Source of the DNA: the human T2T-CHM13v2.0 reference genome, Homo sapiens
Direction: 5' to 3' (one strand)
DNA length: 64,000 nt
Assembly (NCBI RefSeq): GCF_009914755.1
Contig: NC_060927.1
Below, one piece after another: positions 24,956 to 36,802 of the stretch. The translations under genes were made by a program, and so were the position numbers. Every line of letters begins with the position of its first letter. The stretch's first letter is position 1. The notes beneath the pieces are model-generated. The model did no database searches and was not told the DNA's origin. It saw nothing but the letters and a program-made list of their open reading frames with translations.

Positions 24956-27374
24956 TATGTCTTTGAATATATTTTCTGTCCCTTTCTCTCTTCCCTTTCT
25001 TGTACAACAATAATTCACATATTCTGTTTAATGCTGTCCACTAAGGCTGTTAGGCTGTTTCACTCTTTTTCATTCTTTTTTCTTTAAAAATCCTCAAATT
25101 ATGATTTACCAATGACCCGTATTCAAGTTTGCTAATTCTTACTTCTGCTTGATTTATTCTACTGTTGAACCTCCTTATTGGTTTTTTCATTTCAGTTATA
25201 TTATTATTCAGCTTGATGGTTTGTTTGGTACTTTTTAATATTTTCTGTCTCATCGTTGAAGTTCCCAGTTTTTTCATGCATTGCTTTCCCTACCTCAATA
25301 AAAATTGTTATGACTGCCCTTTTGAATTCCCTGTCAGATAAATCACATATTTACATTTCATTAGAGTCACTTTCTGGAGATTTAATTTATCTTGTTATTT
25401 TATTTGGAACATATTTCTATGTTTCTTCATTTTCCTCCGTTCCCTATGTTGTTTTCTGCACATTAGATAAAAGAACCACCTTTCTCAGTCTTGCTAGACT
25501 GGTCTTGTGTAGGAGATGTTCCTTTCCAATCAGCCTCTTCAAAGATTGTTAGAATCCACTAACCTCTTTGTGCTTGTAAAATCTGCTATTTTTTATTCTT
25601 ATTGTCCCCCACCGCCAACCCAAATTAAAGTTTCAAGTCATTGCCTATGAGAGGTGGGATAGAAGCCAGTCCCTTGAAATGAAGCTGGAGAGACTGAGGT
25701 GTTAGTTGTGTGTTCCAGTTTCTTTTTTCTTTGCAGAGAAGCTTTGAGCAGAGTTTAATCTCCCACTCATTCTGCCCTATACCAAGGAGAATGTCTGAGG
25801 CGGATGCTTATACTCTTGATAGACTGCTCACATTGGACCTGGAGAGATTGCTGCTGAACATTTTCAAGTTAAAAAGCCACGTTTTTGTTCTTTGTTGTCT
25901 ACGAGACTCAAAAATGAAGAACTCTGTCAACTCCCAGACTAGGAGCCTGTCTCTTGGGTGAAGGCTATAAAAGAGCACTCCGTGTGTATGGAAACTACTT
26001 CTGGAGAAAGTCTGCAGATCTGGATTTCTTGCTGGCACAAGCCAGAGGAAAAGGTGTAGAGGGAGTGACTGCTCTCCTGTCTGAACAAGCAGAAATCTCA
26101 CACCCTCCTGGCAGGGAGAAACTTCTGGTCTAGAGTTATTACTAAAGCAAGCCATAGGGGAAGGTGCAAGGAGTGCCCACTTTCCCTTTCAGACATGAAG
26201 AAGCCCCTGCCCTGCCCTATCCCCCCCACCCCCGCACCTTTTTCCAATTGGAGATTAAAGGAGTTTATTTCCAGGGCAAGTCAAGGGAAAAGGTTTGGGA
26301 GTGCCATCCCTCCCATTCTTGTTGGCAGAGGTCTCCCAGTTTCTTTCAACAGAGAGATCTCTGGGCTGGATTGTTGCTGGAGCGAGCAGGGGAAAGAAGT
26401 GCAGTGAGTGCCTATCTCCTGTTCAAGCAAGAAGTCTCAGATCTTTTTTGCAGGTGGAGTCTTCTAGTCTGGAGTTATCACAGAAGCAAGCCAGGGAAAA
26501 AGATACAGGAATGCCCTTTTTGCTTCTCAGGCATGGAGAGATCCCCCAGCTTCACTCTCATGAGAGATTGCAGAAATTTATCTCAGGAGCAAACCAGGCA
26601 AGAAAGCATGTTCTTGCTGGCAGAGGCCTCCAGCCTCTTTTCCTTGAGAAATTGTAGGGCTGGAATTGTCACTAGAACAAACTAAGGAAAGAAGGTGGGA
26701 ATGTTGTCCTTGTTTAGGCTTGAAGAGGTTTATTCTTTTTTTGCTATATAGGCTCCCAGATACCGGTGTATTACAGACCAGAACCACACTGAACTACTGG
26801 AAAAGAACATAGCCAAACCCTTTCCAGGGAGAGATTGGAAGCTGGGCTGATTCTGGGCACTACAGCAGCTGACAGAGCTTGCAAGGTGTGAAACCTCACT
26901 TTGTTTTTCGTGCTTGAGGGAAATCCTCCAATGCCTTTTCCATACTATTTTTCAGACACAGTGATTTAAGAGCCAAGCCCTTTTAAAGGGATGGTAAAAG
27001 TTGAACATTAGGTGTAAGACAGAAGCCCCTCACTCCTTGGGACCATGCTAGGAGTTGGGTTCCCTTCCTGATTATAAGGCTCTGTGCATAGGGTGGGGTT
27101 TGTAAATGAGTGTATCTCCACTTTTTCTACCAATTTTGATGTGGATATTTTCTTCTTTGTCTAGTGTGTAGGAGTCTTTCAGCTGGATTCTGCCTTTCTT
27201 TTGGAGATAATTGATCTGTGTGTAGGTGTTTCCTTAGTGTGTTTGTAGGAGAAGGGATAGTTAGGGAGCCTCCTATTACACCATTTTGCTGAGGTCCCCT
27301 TATTGTGGTTTTAATTTTGCATTTTCCTAATGACTAATGGCTTCCTTGACATCTATGTATTTTCTTTGGTGAAA

Positions 27375-27768
27375 TTAGTCTGTTTGCATTACTATAAAGG
27401 AATATTTGAGACTGCGTAATGTATAAGGAAAAGAGATTTAATTGGCTCACAGCTCCATAGGGCGTACAGGATGCATGGTGCTGGTATCTGCTTCTGGTGA
27501 GGGTCTCAGGAAGCTTACAATCATGGTGGAATGCAATGGGGGACCAGGTGTACTCGATGAGAATGGGAACAAGGGGCGGTGGGAGGCACCACACTCTTTT
27601 AAACAACCAGATCTCTTGTGAACTCAGTCATCACCAAGGGGTTGGCATTAGCCATTCATGAGGGATCCACTCCCATGATCCACATGCTTCCCACCAGACC
27701 CCACCTCCAACACTGGGGATTACATTTCAACATGATATTTGGCAGTGATAAATATCCAAACCATATAA
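27375..27768. mobile_element. MSTB-like MaLR LTR
   Basis: TTAGTCTGTTTGCATTACTATAAAGGAATA...ATCCAAACCATAT, consensus-like. Confidence 0.8.
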
Positions 27769-30700
27769 CCTACATTCTAATTGTATTGTTTGCTTTTTTA
27801 TTGTTGAGTTTGAGGAGTCCTTTATATGTTCTAGATACTAGTCCTTTCACAGATATGTGGTTTGCAAATATTTTCGCCCACTCTGTAGTCTGTCTTTTCA
27901 TCTTAACAGGATCTTTTGTAGTACAAAAGTTTTTAATCTTAAGGACAATCAATTTACCAATTTTTCCTGGTAAGGATCATACTTTTGGTATCAAGTCTGG
28001 GAACTCTTTGTCTACCCTAGACCCTAAAAATTTTTCTCCTATGTTTTTCTCTATATTTTATAGTTTTACATATAAGTCTGTTATCCATTTTGAAATAATT
28101 TTTGTATGAAGTATGAAATTTAGGTCAAGGTTTGTTTATTTGTTTGTCTATGGATGTCTAATTGTTTCAGCACCAATTGTCAAAAATCTTTTATATAATA
28201 GTGTATGACCTTGACCAGTTAAACTACCTGCCTGGTTTTGTTTCCTTTGTCTAAAAATGAGGAGATTGGACTAGGACTAGATGGGTATCATTTAAGCTGC
28301 ATTCCTGGAAGTTCTGGGGTCCCAGGAAGCCTCAATAGGAGCAGCAATGTGGGTGAGCGGTGAGTAGGGCTCTCATGTTGTCCCTGACTTCATTCAGGGC
28401 AGTGCTGCTTTTTAGGTTTTATATTTTTATGGTTCTATTTGATATGTGTTTTGACATGGTACCCACTGCTGCAAACAAGTTTGGAGACCATTAGATTAGA
28501 TAATATCTGAAGTACCTTTCTGTAGTCCCTTGCTATGATTCTAAGTGTTCAGTATCATAACTCACTTTTTAAGTTGCATATTAGCCTTCAGCTTCCTCTG
28601 TTAGTATCTTGAGGGGTTACTCTTATGAAATCTTATTTCTCTTTATAAATATGATAGACTTTATGAAATCAATTAACTTAACAGTTTATGAATCAATTTA
28701 TATGTCAAATTGAAAATTTGTTAAATATATTAGAATTTTACAGTTGAATCATTTATTTCACAGAATTATCATGCCTGGAAGAGAGCATAAGGAACTAAAA
28801 TCCTACATAAACCATGTACCAATCTCAATGTCTCTCTTATCATCCACCTGTCTGGCTCTTGCCAATTCACAGGGCATTTGCAACAGTTTTTTTATCAGCT
28901 CCCAAAGGGTTACTTGCGACAGCTTTTTACCAGCTCCCTAAGGGTTACTTGCAGCAGCTTTTTGAGATAAACAAAATCAGGCTTATATGCCCATACCTAT
29001 TTTCAACATGAGGAAACAGACTAAGTTCCAGTGACCTGCCCAAAGTTAGAGAACTAACAAGTATCAAGTAGAAGACTAAGAGAAGAGCTCACATCAGTAA
29101 CACCTAGTCAAGTTATTTTCCCTTTGTTTTATATATTAGGGTTTCAGTGGGTATTTTCCAAAAGTTGATATTTGCTACTTTAGCTTTTTATCTATAAAGT
29201 GGGATGATAACATAACACACTCAAATAGTTGCATGTTTTTTCTTTTTTTCAATTAAATAGGGTAGAGATAGTGCATTTGAAAAAAAATTGCACTAGAAAG
29301 TGCTCCCCGTTCAAATGGTGGTTATTATTTTATACTTTGGCTGCATCTCGGAATCATAGCAGGCAGCTTTGTGTGTTTGCTGATTCCTATTCATGGGAAA
29401 TGTGTTTGTTTATATCACAGTGTATTATCTATTTTTCCTTTTAATACCCATGTGGCCAAATTACGAACTGCCATATTAATAAGATGCAAACATATTTGAG
29501 AGGGTGGTTAGACTTAATCGTTTTCATAAAGTTGTTTTAATAGTTGTTTTTCAACAGATGGACAGCTTACATTTGGCCACGTTTCTGTGACAGTGTGATG
29601 ATTGAACTTTTCAACAGATGGCATACAAACACTTGGGAAAACACCCTTCTAACATTAATTGTTATAAAAAAGACTTTTAGAGTGCCAGAAAAATGATAGT
29701 CTGTATTCCCAAGTCCTTAGTCTCTGCTATTATAATTTAGATGATTTGGAAGTTTCTATTTCTGGCATGTGGATTTGTTTCATAAATGAGCATATATATC
29801 TGCATTAGAGTGAAATGATGAGGAACACCCTGTTGTCAATTAGAGATTCAACATAGATACAGCATTTAAATCCTCCTTTGTTTGTTGATAGATGTACATA
29901 ATCTCCTCTTGCTGAGTCATTCTACTTCTATTCCATACATAGAAAATATAACCTTTCATAAGAATCAACTGTCAGATACTTATGTATTCTTTCTAAAAAG
30001 TATTGACTTAAAAAAAATTACCAAACTTAGAATTTCAAACATGTTCATCAATGTGATGAACTCACCAGCTTTCCAAGTTGTCCTGCGTCTGCTGTTGACC
30101 ACCTAGCATGGCTTCTGGAATCGGTAAGTGAGGAATCTGACAATAAATGGGGCAGGAAGGAGAGTCATGAAAATCTGTGATGGCATTTATGATTGTTACA
30201 ATGACAAAGGGCATTTACTGATATTTAGTGGGTGCAAACCAGAGTACCTATACATGCTACACTACACAGTATAGTTTTAAACAAGAAAGAAATGTTCCAT
30301 GTCCTACATTAATTTGAACATCTGGCTGGACATCCATCTGAGCCTGGAACCCAACTTTGCTTAAATGAAATGACAGAGTAGGTTTTGTAATATATGGCAT
30401 TTTTGCAGAGTTTTAGTACTCACAAAATATTAAATGTTAGCATCCACCCCTACCTCTGCTTCTTGATTTTACTATACTGCTGTATAAAAGGTTGAAAGAC
30501 TTCTGATCTGATTTTATTGCTCCTGAATTCTGACTTTTTCATGCTAAATAAGTGCAAGCATATAAACCCTTTTTTATATCCTTTAGTATAGTCATAGACT
30601 GAACATTTACTTAGTAAACAGATATTATATGTTTACTTTCCTATTTCCCCTTTTTATCCTAAATAGACCATTTTTTAATATTTAATCCTTGATATTTTTA

Positions 30701-31035
30701 AAATCTGTGTAAGTTATATTATCCAGGGATTTCTAGATTTAAAGAGAAAATTACAGAATGCTTGTTATTATAAAGGGGCTCTGAAATTGATCGGGATGAG
30801 AAGCATTACTATAGAAAATTAAGTAATACAAGACAAATTATTTCTCTACTTGTCCCCTTGTGCACACATCAGTGTTGGAATCATTCAAAGAAAAGGACAG
30901 GGTCGTGATTCTAAGTCTTTAATATAGAATGCAGTCTCAATAAATTCTGTATCATTCTGCTTTTATGGATGTCTTAAACTGATTTTCTTTTGGCAAGTTG
31001 TATTAGCTAGCTCTTCTTTGTATTTGTCATTGCAG

Positions 31036-31174
31036 ATGGCGTTTAATGATTGCTTCAGTTTGAACTACCCTGGCAACCCCTGCCCAGGGGACTTGATCGA
31101 AGTGTTCCGTCCTGGCTATCAGCACTGGGCCCTGTACTTGGGTGATGGTTACGTTATCAACATAGCACCTGTAG
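31036..31174 (+). CDS. PLAAT1: PLAAT1 exon 2 ([46 protein letters not shown]); contains H30 and N42
   Basis: Acceptor ttgcag|ATG, donor GTAG|gtgagg (phase 1). HRASLS/LRAT-family motif PGDLIE..R..Y.HWA.Y.GDGYV. Confidence 0.97.
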
Positions 31175-32819
31175 GTGAGGTTTATTTCCAGTGGCTCCTG
31201 GGAGCAAAGTTTTAGTGTTCTTGTTACAGGAAGTAATCATGGGTGAAATAATAAACAAAACAAAATCGAAATAAAATATAGAAAGCAGATAAATCCAACT
31301 AATCTAGGTTTAGAGAAGGATATTCTAAAACCAAAGCAGCATTGAAGAAATCACAAAGGCCAATTCACATGAAATTTTAAAACCTCTGGATTTAAAAAAT
31401 CACAATTAAAAAGTAAATAACCAGCTGGGGAAAATATTTGCCACAAACATGGCAAGGTTCAGTGTCTTTATGTTTCACACAAATAGGTTATTTCAATTTA
31501 TTCAACACCTATTTATAGATCACCTAGTATGTTCTGAATGCTATTCTAAGTGCTGGGGGTATACAGACGTCTCCCTGCATGGTGGAGTTTACATTTTAGT
31601 AAGCAGGGACAGACCATGAGCAAGTTACAGAAATGTTAAAATTGTGATAAGTGATACAGAAAAAATAAGAAGGTAGGATGAGAAGTGCTGAGGGCAGAAG
31701 GTGGTGGGTGCAGATGCTGTGATTTTAAATGAAGTGGTCAGGAAAATTTCTTAAGAAAGTGACATTTGAGGAAAAATGTAAAAGAGGTAAAGAAACCGGT
31801 CAGATGCTCTCTAGAGATATAGTATCCCAGGTCAAGGGGACAGCAGACACTAAAACCTCAACAAACAAATGGATAAAGAATTAGGAACAGTTTGTAAAAG
31901 AAGAAAAGCAAAAGCTAATACACCTTTTGAAAAAATTTCAACTTTCTGGCCTAGGAATTGTAAAATAAACCAATAAAATATTTCATACCTATCTCATTAG
32001 CAAAGGTTAAGTGATAACGATCAGTGTTGATAAGAATATAGTGAAATGAACATAAAGGTATTGTTGATGGTAATATAAATTGATAAGGGCTAGGACCTTA
32101 AAAGGGTTCGTATCCTCTGACCCTGTAATTGTACTTCTAGGAATCTATTCTGGGGAAATATTTAGAGATGTAGACAAGCATTTCTGTGTAAGGATATTCA
32201 CTTCTGTGTCATTTATAATGGTTAAAGTAGACAATGGCATATTTTCAATAGGGGAATGGTTAAATGAATTAAGATTTAGCCATATGATATTAGTTATCAA
32301 ATATTCTTTACTGAGAAATCTTCATTGCATCATGGAGGGAAACTGCAGAAAGAGCTGAGGTGGTGCCGGCCTCAGAGATGCCTATATTTAGGGGTTTAAC
32401 CACTATTTAGACTCTCTGTCACACATCTGCATTTTTTTCTATGTGCTGTCTTCATTTCCCCGGACTATGTCTCTTTAAAAAACTAAACTGATGACCATAA
32501 GCAGCTTTAGGTTCTGACTCTTAGGTTCTTTTGATCCAACACGAAAGAGCTAACTGTAACTACCTGTTACAGTTAAAGAATCACGGAGACAGACTCCAAT
32601 CACTCCAGTGTGAGCCCCATGTTCATCGCTGGACTATCACTGTGCCCAAGAGAATGGAATACTGTGATTGGCTCAGACACAATTGTTTCCAGGAATAAAT
32701 AGGCAATGGTGGGATTTGGTGCTGGATAGATATAAATAACAGCATCCATAACAGCCATTAAAAGTCTTATATCTGGACATGTTTTATTGCAGGGAAGATG
32801 GTCTTAATATGATATTTAT

Positions 32820-35800
32820 TTGAAAAAGATTAACCACATGCTTAGTCATAAAGCAAGTCTCAATAAAGTCAAAAAAACTGAAATCATACCAAGCACACTC
32901 TTGAACCACAGTGCAATAAAAACAGAAATGAATACAAAGAAGATTTCTCAAAACTATACAAAAACATGGAAATTAAACAGCTTGGTCCTCAATATCGATG
33001 AGTGATGCTTAATATCTAGTGTCAACATGATTGGATTGAAGGATGCAAAGTATTGTTCCTGGGTGTGTCTGTGAGGGTGTTGCCAAAGGAGACTAACATT
33101 TGAGTCAGTGGGCTAGGAGAGACAGACCCACCCTCAATCTGGGTGGGCACCATCTAATCAGCTGCCAGTGAGGCTAGGATAAAAGCAGGCAGAGGAACGT
33201 GGAAAAATTACACTGGCTAAGTCTTCTGGCCTCCATCTTTCTCCCATGCTGGATGCTTCCTGCCCTTGAACATCCGACTCCAAGTTCTTAAGCTTTTGGA
33301 TTCTTGGACCTACACCAGTGGTTTGCCAGGGACTCTCAGGCCTTTGGCCACAGACTGAAGGCTTCACTGTCAGCTTACCTACTTTTGAGATTTTGGGACT
33401 CGGACTGGCTTCCTTGCTGCTCCACTTGCAGATGGCCTATTGTGGGACTTCACCTTGTGATCGTGTGAGTCAATACTCCTTAATAAACTCCCTTTCATAT
33501 ATACATCTATCCTATTAGTCCTGCCCCTCTAGAGACCCCTGAAGAATACAGGTGGAAAATGAAATGAGGGCAGAAATCAAAAAGTTATTTGAAATTAATG
33601 AAAATAGAGACACAACTTACCAAAATCTTTGGGATGCGCCTAAATCAATGTTAAAAGGAAAGTTTATAGCACTAAGCACTGTCATTAAGAAGTTAGAAGG
33701 AGCTCAGATTAACAACCTAATATTGCACATAGTGGAACTAGGAAAAAAAGAACAGACCAACCCCAAGCTAGCAGGACAAAATAAATCTAAAATTGGAGAA
33801 AAACTGAAAGAAATGGAGATACAAAAATCCATGCAAAATTAACAAAACAAAGAATTTGTTTTTTGAAAGGATAAATGATTGATAGATTGCTATCTAAATT
33901 AACAAAGGAAAAAAGATCCAAAGAAGTACAATCGGAAATGACAAAAATGACATTATAACCAGTCCTACAGAAATACAGAAGGTCCCTAGAGACTATTATG
34001 AACACTTCTATAATACAATTTAGAAAATTTAGAGGAAATGGACAAATTTTGAAACATACAACCTTTCAACATTGAACCAGGAAAAAAGTGAAAACCTGAG
34101 AAGACCAATAACAAGTTCCAAAATTGAATCAGTAACAATAATAATAATAAAAAAACTACCAACCGAAAAAAGCCCTGGAGCAGATGGATTCACAGCCAAA
34201 TTCCAGGAGGTGTACAAAGAACTGGTACCAATCCTACTGAAACTACTCCAAAAACCCCAGGAGGAGGGGCTCCTTCCTAACTCATTCTATGAAACTAGCA
34301 TCATCCTGATACCAAAATCGGAGAGACACACAAAAAAAGAAAACTTCAGGCCAGTATTCCTGATGAACATAGATGCAAAAATCCTCAACAAAAGACCAAC
34401 AAACCAAATTTGGCGCACATCAAAAAGTTAATTCATAATCAAGAAGGCTTTATTCCTGAGGTACAAGATTGGTTCGACATACACAAATCCATAAATATGA
34501 TTCACCACATAAACCAAGTGAAAACCAAAAACCATATGATCATCTCAATAGATGCATTTGATTAAACACAACATCCCTTCATGTTAAAAACCCTGAAGAG
34601 AATAGGCATTGAAGGAACATAACCTCAAAATAATGAATCATTTATGAGACACCCACAGCCAACATCATACTGAATGGGCCATTCCCCTTCAGAACTGAAG
34701 CAAGATAAGGGTGTTCACTCACACTATTCCTGTTCAACATAGTACTGGAAGTTCTAGCCAGAGCAGTGAGGCAAGAGAAAGAAATAAAAGGCATCCAAAT
34801 AGGAAAAGAGTAAGTCAAATTACCTCTTTTTGCTGAATATTTCATTCTGTACCTAGAAAGCCCTACAGACTCCACCAGAAGCCTCCTGGAACTGATAAAC
34901 AACTTCAGTAAATTTTTAGGATACAAAATCAGTGTACAAAAATCAGTAGCATTTTTATACACCAGTAACATTCTAGCTGAGAGCCATATTAAAAACACAA
35001 TTCATTTACAATAGCCACAAATAAATAAAATACCTAGGAATACATCCAACCAAGAAGGTGAAAGATCTCTACAAGGAGAACTATAAAACACTGCTAAAAG
35101 AAATCAGAGATGAGACAAATAGATGGAAAAACATTCCATGCTCACGGATTGGAAGAAATAATATTAAAATGTTCATATTGCCCAAAGCAATCTACAGATT
35201 CAACACTATTTCTATCAAGCTACCAATGCCATTCTTCACAGAATTAGAAAAAATATTCTAAAATTTGTATGGAACCAAAAAAGAGCCCAAGTAGCAAAAA
35301 CTAAAAAAAAGCTGCAGGCACATTACCCAACTTCAAACTCTACTAGAAGGCTATAGTAACCAAAACATCATAGTACTGGTACAAAAACAGACACACAGAC
35401 CAAGGGAACAGAATAGAGAACCCAGAAATAAAGCCAAGCACATAAAACCATCTGATCTTCAACAAATTCAACAAAAATAAGCAATGGGGAAAGGTCTTCC
35501 TATTCAATAAATGGTGCTGGAATAACTGGCTAGCCATATGCATAAGAAAAAAAACTGGACCTCTGCCTTTCACTATGTACAAAAATTTACTCAAGATGGA
35601 CTAAAAGTTTAAATGAAGAACTCAAACTATAAAAGTCCCAGAAGAAAACCTAGGAAACACTCTTCTTGACCTCAGCTTTGGCAAATAATTTATGTCTAAG
35701 TCTCCAAAATGAATTGCAACAAGAACAAAAATGACGAGTGAGACCTAAGTAAACAAAAGAGCTTCTGCACAGCAAAAGAAATTATCAACAGAGTAAATAG

Positions 35801-36330
35801 TCTACAGAATGGGAGAAAATATTCATAAACTGTGCATCTGACAAAAGTCTAGTGCCCAGAATTTACAAGGAATTTAAATTAATCAACATGTAAAAAATAA
35901 TCTAATTAAAAAATGGGCAAAGACAGGAACAGACACTTCTGAAAAGAAGACATTCAGGCAACCAACAAACCTATGAAACAATGCTCATCATCACTAATCA
36001 TAGAAATGCAAATCAAAACCACAATGAGATACCATCTCACATCAGTCAGAATGGTGATTATTAAAAAGTCAAAAAAAAAAACAGATGCTGGTGATGTTGC
36101 AGAGAAAAGGAAATGTTTATACACTGTTGGTGGGAATGTAAATTAGTTCAGCCACTGTGGAAAGCAGATTGGAGATTTATCAAAGAGCTTAAAAGAGAAC
36201 TACCATTTGATCCAGCAATCCTATTACTGCATATATATCCAAAGGAAAATAAATTATTCTACCAAGAAGACACATGTACTTGAATGTTCATCACAGCATT
36301 ATTTGCATAGGAAGGACATAGAATCAGTCT
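32820..36330 (+). mobile_element. 5'-truncated L1PB-like LINE (ORF2 fragments), sense in PLAAT1 intron 2
   Basis: ORFs match L1 ORF2 ([12 protein letters not shown]...[16 protein letters not shown]...[17 protein letters not shown]; [28 protein letters not shown]), with stops and frameshifts. Confidence 0.9.
33001..33550 (+). mobile_element. MLT2A2-like ERVL solo LTR inserted in the L1
   Basis: ~550 bp, GTGATGCTTAATATCTAGTGTCAACATGATTGGATTGAAGGATGCAAAG...CCCTGAAGAATACA, matching the recalled MLT2A consensus. AATAAA near 33482. Confidence 0.85.
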
Positions 36331-36471
36331 TATTCAAAATATTACTAGCAGTTACTTCTGGGTGGTGGGATAATGGGTGATTCCTGTATACATTTAAATG
36401 CTTTGTTTTTCTGTATTTTATAAATGTTTAAAAATGAGCACAAATTAATTTATTAACAAAAAGTGTATGCA

Positions 36472-36802
<331 letters not shown>

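Larger units (their letters stand above)
19858..27298 (-). mobile_element. Near-full-length but internally deleted L1MA-type LINE (3' UTR, ORF2, ORF1, 5' UTR), antisense in PLAAT1 intron 1
   Basis: Minus-strand ORF fragments match L1 ORF2 RT (ISVDAEKTFDKIQHPF; LEVLARAIRQEEEIKGI), endonuclease (TFFSIAHGVFSRVDHM...SDHN) and ORF1 coiled coil (FNSRINQAEVRISKLE). Degenerate TSD CTCATTTTGTTTT / CTTATTGTGGTTTT. Confidence 0.85.

Noticed and set aside
26164-26685. 173-aa ORF
   Set aside because: Lies antisense within the tandemly repeated L1 5' region, has a non-ATG start and no protein motif.
31171-31176. Tandem donor GTAGGT that could shorten exon 2 by 4 nt
   Set aside because: The upstream GT has a poor exonic context (CCT|gtaggt) compared with TAG|gtgagg, and nothing in the sequence indicates use.
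34072-35261. Reverse-transcriptase-like ORFs
   Set aside because: Fragments of a decayed L1 ORF2 with stops, frameshifts and deletions. Not a functional RT system.
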